From Macrostomum hystrix (Eukaryota; Animalia; Platyhelminthes), in assembly GCA_950097015.1 (NCBI GenBank), contig CATNEN010000001.1, forward strand, positions 23,746,001-23,810,000: a DNA stretch of 64,000 bases, read 5' to 3'. This document shows positions 37,363 through 48,401 of this stretch, one piece after another. Positions within the stretch are counted from its first letter, which is position 1, and every line of letters begins with the position of its first letter. Below the pieces are notes generated by a model. It worked only from the letters and a program-made list of their open reading frames with translations, was not told the origin of the DNA and made no database searches. The translations under genes were made by a program, and so were the position numbers.

Positions 37363-38042
37363 TCAGGCGCGCGCCAGGTAGACTCCAGAGATGTTGCTCA
37401 TACTGGCTGGCAGGGCGCCAGTACTGAGCAGGTAGCATATCAACTGTTGCTGGCTGAAAATCACTGCCTGGCAGTTGTCGCTGGCCTGGCAATGGGTCAA
37501 GCACTCGATCTCGGACCTGACAGCTACGATAGGTAGGGCTGTCTGCAAAGCCGAGGTGTCCGGTCTCTGCTTTATGGTGAACTGGCCATCTGAAAGTCCT
37601 GAATCAGGAATTGACAGGTAGAAATGAAGCTGCCGTAACTAAATGACACAAAGTCCACAGACTCACCGTCGTATCTCTGTCTAAACACGGAGTTTCGTGC
37701 GACGCCCCCACAAACTTGATTTATGTTTCCCAGACATGAGCTACTGCACTGGTTCTCATCGGCAGGTCCGTACAACCCGTATGAGTTTCCGCAGAAGCAG
37801 TGTCTGCCGGCCTGCAGACCAAAGAAAGGATATTTTCCCGACATGCAGAAGATGCTGCACTCCTCATGTTTCATGCTCAATGTGTTACTAGCAGGCCCAT
37901 TCAGGTCTCTCGCACTGCTGTCTACGAAGCAGCCGACGTAGGCGAATCGAACTGTGTGAGCAGCTGCGGCCAGGAGAGACACGCAGATTACCGCTAGCCT
38001 GAGCTTCATGTCAGTCCGTAGAGCAGTGAGCATACTGCTCAT
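37363..38042 (-). CDS. Secreted WSC-domain + PAN/Apple-like protein; exons 37667-38042 (start may be 38009) and 37363-37589
   Basis: Signal peptide MKLRLAVICVSLLAAAAH and WSC motifs YVGCFVD...ECSIFC...FGLQAGRHCFCGN...CLGN..QVCGG. A phase-1 GT-AG intron joins exon 2 with SEIECLTHCQASDNCQAVIF...CYL. Confidence 0.85.
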
Positions 38043-38860
38043 GGGACATTTCTGAGCTTCTTTTATATGATGCGATCATCAATCGCCCCATTCTCCTTGA
38101 CAATATTTTTATCCGATTGGCTGATAGCTTAGTGCTTGACAGAAATACATCCCTGCAGACCCAACTGAATGAATGTAAGAATCAAAACAACATATTGTGA
38201 AGGCGCTGTGTGACAAAGTGTTGCAGCTTTGGTAGAATCTGCAGCGCAAATAAAGCTAAGATTTTTTACAAGAAAGGTTTTTGAAAATTATTTTTTTCTT
38301 TTTTTCACTTGTGCACTAGGCTTCTATACTCACACTGTCCCAATCAACGGATGGTACGCCTAGCATGTCATGGGTAATAAAAATCGACCCCACTGTCCAT
38401 GAGCACTGCATGAGCAAACGGCAAATTACATAAACTATAGACGGGCTGAGGTAGAAAAAATGACTAGCTTTGCTGTTTCATTTTCAGTGAGCACCGTAGA
38501 CTACGGTGAGGATGGTCGGTTTTACGCCGACTCGAACAAGAAAGAAACGGATCAGAGCGACCGGCAGCCTCTGATCCAAAAGCGAAAAAGCGAAGTTGTC
38601 TTCGAGACGAAGACGAGACTAGCCGGCGGCCGGTTCCTTCTTCTTGATGAGGGTTCTGTGGCTTGGCCGTTCAAGCCCTTCTGACAAGTCATGAAGCGTT
38701 TCGACGGCAACGAATTAATTTTTATGACTAGACAACGCTTCCCACGCAGACATTTTCCTGGTCGAAGTGCTCTTATGGTCATAAAAATATTTAAGACAAG
38801 TCCACTCTAAAAAGTAGAACGACGATCCTTAAGGGGTCTAAGAAAATGGCTTGTAGGAGA

Positions 38861-38980
38861 ATTGCTTGCAGGAAAATTGGTTGCAGGAAAATTGGTTGCA
38901 GGAAAATTGGTTGCAGGAAAATTGGTTGCAGGAAAATTGCTTGCAGGAAAATTGCTTGCAGGAAAATTGCTTGCAAGAAA
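38861..38980. repeat. 15-bp tandem repeat ([15 protein letters not shown])
   Basis: About 8 units. Confidence 0.9.
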
Positions 38981-39040
38981 TCCTCGGCAAGCAATATTCG
39001 GCAAGCAATCTTGTCGAAGATGTCTGAGCTCTGAGCTCAC

Positions 39041-39391
39041 TGTCATACTCGTACATGTTTAAACATGGAGTTTCGGTAGTGGCCGCCACAAATCAGATTT
39101 TTGTTTCCCGAACACATGAGCGAACAATCAATCGCTCTCAAGGGCAGACCCGTTGGACCCGTATGAGTTTCCGCAGAAGCATTGCGTGGACTGCAAACCC
39201 AAAAACTTATATCTTGCAGACATGCAGAAGGTGCTGCACTCCTCATGAGTCATACTCGCTGTGTTAGTAATAGCGCCATTCAGGTCTCTCGTAGTGTTGT
39301 CGACGAAGCAGCCGAGTTAGGAGAATTGAACTGCGTGAGCAGCTGCAGCCAGGAGAGACACGCAGATAACCACTGGCCAGTCGAGCTTCAT
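39041..39391 (-). pseudogene. WSC-domain pseudogene, tandem paralog of 37363-38042
   Basis: Alignable exon 1 and upstream region. TAA at 39317-39319 replaces the Tyr of YVGCF, a GATT duplication causes a frameshift near 39130, and no PAN exon follows. Confidence 0.8.
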
Positions 39392-42300
39392 TTCAGTCCG
39401 AAGAGCAGTGCTCAGCAGTACTGCTCGCGTGGCATTATTTCTGAGCATCTTTTATGATGCGATCAAATCCGATTGCCCCAATCCCCTTCGAATTATTATT
39501 GTCCGATCGGCTGATTGGCTGACTCTACTGGGCCAAAGTTTGGCACTTGACACTCGTACGTGCGTCCGACAGCTGCGGGCTTGATAAATCTTTATTTTAT
39601 AAAGCCTTCACGTTTATAGGCTTCTATGGGAAAGGGTGGTCACCGGCTTCAGTCGCTCAACATAGATTTGGGAGCTAATCGCCGTGGTGGGCATCAACCC
39701 CGGCCAACTCATTTGCCTCGAGTCTTTGCAGAGATTCTCTTGGCCTTCCACAATGAAACCGCGCGCATAGCCGCATCAGACGTTAGCCACAGTTAATGTA
39801 ATTAGTAGCTAGCTAATAGTTAGCTAGGCTAAATACAGGCCGGAGAGCTAACAATAATTCGAAGCGCAATTCCATTTTTTGCACGTTTGTTTACTTTTTT
39901 TAAAATTCTTTTGAACTTAGGAACGTTAGGAATTTTTTAAACACCAGACACTAAATACGCTCGTACCACAATTAATTTTACACTTCGTTGAAGTGAGACG
40001 AAAGATCATTCTCGCGAATAAATTTTGTACGCAAATCATATAATATCTACTCAATTCATTTCCGAAGGAGAGAATCATCAAATAGCTGTCTAACATGATC
40101 ACAGTGAACTCAATGAACCAATCGTTCTTCTTTCATAGTCTTGGTGGGGAAGACAACAATTAAAGACACCTGTACACTAGAACTATCAGCCAAGCGAACC
40201 ACTTTACCAAATACAGCTGTCTATTTAGCCTCGCTGGGCAGCAGTGTGATTGTGTGAACAATCCTTAACACCAATTGTTGAGTCAATCCTTGTGCACAAC
40301 CCGCCGAGTAACAAATACCAGTAATTGCAAGAATTGAAAAAATTCTATCTTACTTTTTCAGACACTAATTTGCAGCCGCTTTGCAGTGCTGCAGCTATCA
40401 ATTTTATCGGAAAAAAATCGCAATGTATATTTTTCCCCCACTAGGCTTATCCAATTAGTTGATAATTACGCCGGTATTGCAGCGCTGTAAGTCTTGTGAC
40501 AGTGACTATATGAATACTGGCTATTTTATTTTTTTGTTGCATGTGGAAAATAAGGGATCACTGGACGTAATTAGCATGCAAAAAGCAATATAAATTTAAT
40601 TGCAAGCCTCTTATTCTAGCATTTCTGGCGCCAGAGCATCTGTACTCTAGTCTACTGCAAGCAAGCATCTATTAATCATGTCTAGCAGAAAACTTTTCAA
40701 GGTTTTTCATTGTCAATGCTCTGAGTATTAATTTTATTATTTTTAACCAAACCAACCATGGGACTACAAACTGACGGCTCAGAAAAGTATCATTGTCTAA
40801 TGGCGCAGGCGTTCAGGATTGTCATTTTTTGCTTCGGGGCGTTGATGATTGTGTCTGTCTATGTCCAAACAGACGTCTGTCTATGGGCGTCATCGATGAA
40901 GTCACTCGCAATCTCTATCCATCTTGCTTGAATTGCGACAATCCCGCGATAACAGCATGACACAAATCAATTGGTGGGCCCACCAGCTTTTCGTAAAGGA
41001 TCGAGAAATCATGTTTGAATGATGCGTTAATTTGAACCAAGGACTTCTATGTAATGGCATCTGGACTGGAAGCGAAGAAATACCCATTACCTCATGAGAA
41101 GTTTTACCATAGACATTTGAAGCGTGCAACAATAAGCCTCGATTGGTATACCCTTCAAAATGATACAATGTAATATTCCTGCACGAAAACGAGTGCGGCA
41201 ATGACAAAAGCACGAGTGATGTAGCAGTGCCTGGGGGGTGTTTCATATAATTTACAAGTTACAAGCTACAAGCTACAAGTTTAATAGCCTTTTCTATTCT
41301 CTCTTTCGCTTTTGTTTTGGCCATAGACAGCCAGGCACTGCTACATCATTCAAAAAACTTGTTTGCGTTCAAGAATTTACTCGCAGTAGCTAAGAAAGTT
41401 GTTATCATTTGTAAAAATTAAATGTACAAAGCTAGAGGATTGTCCGAATTCATTCAAGTCTATTGAGTTGAGAGTCAAATAGTATAGGCCTACACAACTT
41501 TATTATTTTCCACTATTTGATCAGAAGGGCTAAAGTAGATAATAAATAATAGAACTCAAGTTGACAAAAATTTAGATTCAAATAAGAGTGACACAACAGC
41601 AATAATATTAGATAATTGCGATAATAACTAAAGGTATGTTATTGTGATGAGTTTAGAATATTAGCTAGTTGAATAGGCCCTATAGTGGGTGTCTCAATAA
41701 AATGGGGCCAAATTAAATGTCAACTGTTCACTCTCAACTGTGCTCACTCTCAAGGAAAAGTTTAAAAGTTAGGCCTAACATATTCATTATAAACACTTTT
41801 ATTTTTTCAGTCAAGTTTCAATTGCGACTGATGCTACTGCTATTTTGTTGTGTGCCCACCATTGCCACCAGGTAGTCATTCTGCAAAACCAGCTAATGAT
41901 GTTGCAAACTTGCAATGGCACCTGCTGCAGTAGCAGTAGGCCCTATGTTCATGTAGAGCTCTCTGTGCTACACAAATTTGGCATTAAGAAGCCTGCGTTT
42001 CACTTCGGCACAGGTGGAGAGCACCTTAGGCAATTATTTTGCACAAACCTGATGGGCAAATTTATTACTAGGCCTATGTCCTATGAAATTTTAGCCCTAG
42101 CTCAATTGAAGACAAATGCATAGGCTAGCAAGAATTTTTATCTAGGGAGAATCATAGGCCTCCCACTAAGTCCTCTGTATGATTGCTAGCCCAGATTTTC
42201 ATGTTGCTATAAGAGGCTGACAATTTAAAAAAATAATATGCTAGGGCCTATCATATTTGAAATGCTATGGTTTTTTATTTCGATTTTAGCAAAGATGTTA

Positions 42301-43224
42301 GTAATTTTATAACTTTTTTGGCTGAAAGTTGTAGTAAAATAATTAGGTATATTGTTCCACAATCCACTAGTTAGTATTTTTGTAATTTACAGTTATCTAT
42401 AAAAGTACAAAAGAAATAATAGCTAAAACTTAAGTCAAAAAAGTCTTGCAACTCTGCCTAGCAGTTGTGTTAGTTTTGATCATTGTTGTCCTACAAAGTT
42501 TCAGGTCATTTCTGTAATTTTGACTAGCCAAAAACTCTTCTGACCCATTATTTAGGCTATATTAAAATAATTACTCTATTTGTTAAGAAAATTGAAGGCT
42601 TTGTCCTCAGTAAAAAGTAAATAGCTTTACTATTTAAAATGGTTCCCTATTCTGGTTTTGTGGTTTTTTCAGACTTTGTGTATGCAGCTTGTATGCCACC
42701 TAGAGTGCAAGCAAATGTGGCACATTTTGATAAGATTTGAAATGGAAAATTTGAAAGCATCCTAACAAAAATAATTCATAGAAATATATTTTGTTTAATT
42801 GTCATTCTTATCTTCAATCACTTCAAGACCATTGACTTTAAATTCATCAAAAATGCATTACAAGTTTTGACACCTGCCTTAAAAAAGCAGGTTGCCAATT
42901 AGGCACTGATGGTCCAATTCTGAGGTGCCAAATGAAATTTTGGTGATCAAAAGCATCCAATTAGGCAAAAACCCAGACCCTATATCTAAATCCTGGTAGT
43001 AGAAAGATTATACACACAGGGTACATCAGGCTAAAAATAGAAATATCCTACCCTTCTAAGTTAGGAGTTCATTTTGGTATATTTAATTAAAATAAATTTT
43101 AATATGCCTTGCCCAGTTGGAATGCACACAATGACTAGTATTGATTTTTGCAGCTTATCTTTGCTTAGCCCCCTCATGTCACCAAGCCAATTTAACTGTG
43201 TTATACATGTTACTTGGTACCTAG

Positions 43225-43543
43225 AGGTTGTAGCCTAGTGGTTAGGGTGTTGGACTAATGACTTGAAGGTCGGGGGTTCGATTCCCGACTCCACTGAAAC
43301 AATTTGTGTCCTTTAGCAAGACACTTAACTCTGCATTGCTTCAGTTCACCCAGCTGTTAAATGGGTACCAGTATTAGCTGGGATAATTGAAGGTGGGTGT
43401 GGCGTCCCCCCAGTCCGTGGACTGAACAGCTGTACGTAGCCTTCAGATGCGCCGCGCAATAGCTGCGGCTGTGCTGTCGGCTGCACATCTGGCCCGATTG
43501 GGGCAGGTGTAATCAATTGTTTATTATTATTAATTATTATTAG
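43225..43543 (+). mobile_element. CORE-type tRNA-derived SINE, family A, full length
   Basis: A box TAGCCTAGTGG, B box GGTTCGATTCC, MIR/CORE-like central domain, (TTA)n tail and 10-bp TSD TGGTACCTAG (43215-43224, 43544-43553). Confidence 0.88.
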
Positions 43544-43702
43544 TGGTACCTAGCTAAACAAAAAAAACTCAACAGAAGTTGCTAAGCACTGATCCTTTTA
43601 TTACATAAAATGTCTGGCCTGTCTTTAGTATTAATTTTATTTCTTTTTATAAAAACAACAGTTTAATCTTCAGCAAAGCAAGTCATTGAGTCCTTGAGCA
43701 CA

Positions 43703-46292
43703 ATGAGCGGCACTAAGATGAGCAGTCAGGCAGCTCTAGCTCCAGCTGAGCGCTATGAGAGCTGTCCAATGTGTCACGCCTGCGTAGTTGAGAGTCGCCT
43801 CATTTGCCAGGCCTGCATTCGGGCTGGCAATTTCACTGCACTGCGGGGCGAGATTACCTTTGCTGAGCTGCAGGTGAGTCTATCCATTGTTAGAATCTAG
43901 TTGTGTATGATTAAACTGAAACTGCTTTGTTTGTCAAAGCTCTCTCATTTTTAACCTAGTTGGCCTTAAACACTTTTAAGTTGACTGTGAGGGATGAGAC
44001 AGGGAATAGATAAGACGGGAGAGATGAGGCACTGGGGACAGGATACACGGGACAGATGAGGCAGGGGAGAGATCAGACAGGGGAGAGATCAGACACGCGA
44101 GAGATCAGACACGGAACAGATCAGACACGGGAGAGATGAGACACGGGAGAGATCAGACACGGGAGAGATGAGACACGGGAGAGATCAGATACGGGAGAGA
44201 TCAGATACGGGAGAGATCAGATACGGGAGAGATCAGATATGTGAGAGATCAGATACGGGAGAGATCAGACACGGGACAGATCAGACACGGGAGAGATCTG
44301 ACACGGGACAGATCAGACACGGGAGAGATCAGACACGGGACAGATCAGACACGGGACAGATCAGACATGGGACAGATCAGACACGGGACAGATCAGACAC
44401 GGGAGAGATCAGACACGGGAGAGATCAGACACGGGACAGATCTGACACGGGAGAGATCAGACACGGGACAGATCAGACACGGGACAGATCAAACACGGGA
44501 CAGATCAGACACGGGAGAGATCAGACACGGGACAGATCAGACACGGGACAGATCAGACACGGGACAGATCAAACACGGGACAGATCAGACACGGGACAGA
44601 TCAGACACGGGACAGATCAGACACGGGACAGATCAGACACGGGAGAGATGAGGCAGTGGAGACAGGAGACACGGGAAAGATGAGGCAGGGGAGAGATGAG
44701 ACGGGAGAGATGAGGCAGTGGAGACAGGGGATACGGCAGAGATGAGACAGCAGAGATATTGGACAACGGAGATGATAAACTTCTATCGTCACTGATTTGT
44801 GAAGAACTTCAATGCTGTCCATCCACTCTAAGCATTCTTTATTTATTGCGAATCACTCAAGGCTCATCACAGCGCCCTCACAGCGCAGAAAGCCAGCCTT
44901 CAGTGTCTAATGAATGAAGCCGTCGACGCACCCTGGACCTCGCCCACCAGTTGCCCTTCGCTGGTCTCTCGACGTTGCGAGTGTCGCCTTCGCATAGTTC
45001 AGCTTCGTCGCGCTCTTGCCGCCGCACGCGACGCCGTCAACGCCGAGCGTTCCAGACGAGCCGCGGCGCGCCAAGCAGTTGCGGCGATGCGGCGCGAAGG
45101 CGAAATTTATCGGCGAAAAACGGCCGACCTAACGGCCGGCTTGGAGGCGTTAAAAGCGCGACTGCAGGGCGAGAGGGCGAGGACCGAGCGCGCCACGAGG
45201 GGCGCAGCAAAGCGAGCTAGAAGTCTGTGCCGCTTAATGGCTACGGAGGTAAATAAGACATTGTGGCCTCCTAACATAATGCCTCCAAAAGTCCGAAAAA
45301 ATACAACCATTTCATTCCACTTTAGGGAATGTTCAGTTTAGGGAATATGCTGTTTAGGGAATATGCTGTTTAGGGAATGTAAACTGTACAGTTCAGCAAA
45401 TGTGCCGTTCAGGGAATATACAGTTCAGGGAATGTACAGTTTAGGGAATGTACAGTTTAGGGAATGTACAGTTTAGGGAATGTACAGTTTAGGGAATGTT
45501 CAGTTTAGGGAATGTACAGTTGAGGGAATGTTCAGTTTAGGGAATATGCAGTTTAGGGAATGTGCAGTTTTGGATATGAATAGCAGTGTCCCACGCTCTG
45601 CATCCCCAACACAGGTGTACAATCTGCACGAGACTGAGCGCAGTCTTGTCCAGAGTCGCATGCGCCTACCGCCTCTGTCCAGCTTCCCCAGCCGCAGTCT
45701 GGAGCCGGCGCCACAGGTGTACCAGGCCCTGCTGGCTGCCAGCTCGCTGCTGCAGGCTGTCACAGCCTGCCTGGCCGCCTGGACCCCATTCCAGCCGGTG
45801 GCCATCACTTTCCTGCGCAGCCCGCTGTCACGTGACTCGGTGTCAGCCCAGCACAGGAAGCTGGAGGTGGCTCTGCACTCGCTGTGCTGCCGCTATGCCA
45901 CCTGCTTGGCCTTGTTCTCACCCGGTGATCCCCTGCTCACCCTGTGCCGACTGCTCGAATCGCCGAATCTGGGCATCGAGCTGATCAGCCAGCAACGGAT
46001 TGACGATCGCCACGGCGCCAAGCAGCGGCCCTTGGAGTTCTCTGTCATCAGCTATGACCCATTTCACGTAAAGGCCGAGTGGGAACTCCCGACTGGCGGG
46101 CACGACTCCAACGGCCACGGCAGCTGCGCTCAGTCAGCAGCCGCCGCCTTCTTCTCCGCTCCGACAGCCGCCTCGGCCAACGCTGCCGTAGACGACGACG
46201 ACTGGGTGGAAGTCGACGACGGCTTTCCCATCCCGGTGGACGAGAGCTGCTGCGAAAGCCGGGCAGCCTTCCTCACCTCGCTGTGGCGCTAG
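43703..46292 (+). CDS. ATG14: ATG14/Barkor-like autophagy protein; exons 43703-43873, ~44862-45248, 45615-46292
   Basis: N-terminal CPMC...LICQACIRAGNF twin CxxC motif, coiled-coil exon 2, C-terminal DDDWVEV (LIR-like) and an amphipathic AAFLTSLWR (BATS-like). Junctions are phase-0 GT-AG, and the exon 2 acceptor is approximate. Confidence 0.72.
43990..44760. repeat. 17-bp minisatellite (GASAGATCAGACACGGG) in ATG14 intron 1
   Basis: Variant of the 1135-3560 family. Confidence 0.95.
45320..45570. repeat. 16-bp repeat (TTTAGGGAATGTACAG) in ATG14 intron 2
   Basis: Tandem repeat. Confidence 0.9.
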
Positions 46293-46392
46293 GACTGACG
46301 TGGGAGTTGTGCATTGGGCTTGATGTGCAGTCTGGGATCTGGGATCTTGATCCCATCTTTTGGGATATTGATCTTGGATTAGTAATATACTC

Positions 46393-46702
46393 GTAGTAAT
46401 AATAACTGCAGGAGGGCTGCCGACGATGGCACTCATTTCCTGACACTGGACCCGCAGCCAGCGAGGATGCAATTCTGCCCATTTCGCTGAGTCCTGAGGA
46501 TACACTCACAGTTGTGTACATCTGCCCTGACTTTTCATCGTCAGGCAGTGTACACTCTCACTGTTCCTTGGAGTTGGCCCTTAAGGTTGTAAATTGCACG
46601 ACAAGCCCCCAAGCTTTCTCTCCGCGGCTGCGCCCCAAATGAAAGTGGCCTCGCCGCGGAATCGAGCTCAGGGACCTTGGTGCGAGAGGCAAACGCGTTA
46701 TC
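46393..46702 (-). mobile_element. tRNA-derived SINE family B copy just 3' of ATG14
   Basis: Homologous to 326-638. Confidence 0.7.
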
Positions 46703-47309
46703 CCCTGAAATTTTGATCCCTGATTGTAAACTATTGTTATGAATTTCTAGGATTTTAAGTACAGCACCAGTTCTCTGCTTTGCCATTATAATTCTGAGAA
46801 GGTGATGCTCACCTGGTCACAGTATTTAGAAAGAAAAAACGTGACGAAGTGTTTCATCCGGAATCGTGTTTCATTGTAAGTAATAATTTATGCAGTTTTT
46901 TCGCAGTTTGTACATCAGCCGTAGTTTTTACTCTATACTTTTTCATTTAGTCTTATATATTTGATGTTACAAAATCTTGAAACACATTTTATATTATTTC
47001 GATTTCTTGTACTCGTACTTTGGTAAGACTTTTGTTGAAGGGAAACGGAACCTTCCCATTGCATTGAAGAAATATTCTTATTGATGTTATTCAGTACCCA
47101 CTGCGGTTCCCAAATCGGTATCCTGTCATAAAAATGACTTAAGTCACATTTTTTATATTTGCGTTGTTTTTTACTTTCTTTTTAGAATAAGGCGTAGGTC
47201 TAAAATACGAGTATACAGTTGAATTAATTAATTTGTCTAGCTTTGGTTGAGCCTTGTGGCTGCGTACGTTTGCTTCAATCAAAAGTCTTTGGGGGGTCAG
47301 TTGGGGGGC

Positions 47310-47520
47310 CTTTGGGGCTATGTACATTAAGGTCGGAGTTTTTCTGATTGGGGTGGCTGTGGCTGCGTACATTGGGGTAAGAAGTTTTCTTGGTGGGGTG
47401 GCTGTTGCTACGTACATTGGGGTGAGAAGTCTTCTGGGTGGGGTGGCTGGGGCTGATTAAACTAGGGTTAGAATTTTTCTAGTGGCAGTTTGAGGTAGTG
47501 TACATTAGGGTTAGTCGTTT
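47310..47520. repeat. Degenerate ~45-bp tandem repeat (GGGTGGCTG...GTACATTGGGGT.AGAAGT)
   Basis: About 4 diverged units. Confidence 0.6.
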
Positions 47521-48401
47521 TTATGCACATTACGATTACTATCTTATGATAAAGAAAATTTATTATATTATTGACTTTTGTACTTTTATCTTTCAGTGTA
47601 CATTGCGATGTAGATATTACGCCCTCCACAGTTTTGTATTATCCTGTTTCGCTTGTAAATATATATTTTAAATAACTGTGCCACAACAATGGTACAAAGA
47701 TTAAACTGACATTTCTGATTGCCAAAGACAAGAGAAAAGTATAGAAAACTTGAAATAAATTTTTTACCATAATCGGTGAAGACAATGGCGTATGAAAAAT
47801 CTTTATTTTTTATTTTTTATGTTCAGATTTGAAACAAATAAAATAAGTATAATCTGCATGCAATGTTTGTTGTAATTATGAAAAGGTTTAGCAGCAAGAA
47901 GATAAAGGAACTTTTTTATCTGTTTTTCGCTAGGCGCACCTATTCGCATTAAAACAAAATAGAACCATCACCGTCAGGGTATTGTACGTTTGGTATGACT
48001 ACAGTAGTATGGTGACTATTGACTAAAGAATATAACAAACTTTATTTAGACTTTCCTGCTTACTTTGGCTAGACGAGTATTTGCAATTAAGACATGTGAA
48101 TATCAGAACATGAATAATTAAGCAAACGCAGTTTTATAGGAAAGTCGTAAACTAAGCTTGGAAGTGTTCGGAATGAAAAAACGGCCCTATTTAGGACAAA
48201 TTAGCGTATTATGCAGGTTATGCTATAAAAAACTGTGAATTAAACTTTTTATTTTGTTTAAGTGAAAGAGTATGTGTACTTAAGCAGGATAGTTGAAAAT
48301 AAAAACAGTAATAGCGGCCACATGCACCCAGAGACTTGCCAGATTAACCTCAAATATTACTTAGCAATATGCTTGTTCTAGTCCTAGAATATCAATCGGT
48401 A

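Noticed and set aside
43225-43295. Genuine tRNA gene (also tRNA-like pieces near 200, 13000, 14545 and 53430)
   Set aside because: Poor cloverleaf pairing and linkage to SINE bodies or fragments.
46526-46546. CUGACGA-U-GAAA-A-GUC on the minus strand as a second hammerhead
   Set aside because: No stem II and not conserved in the other SINE B copies; better explained as a simple hairpin.
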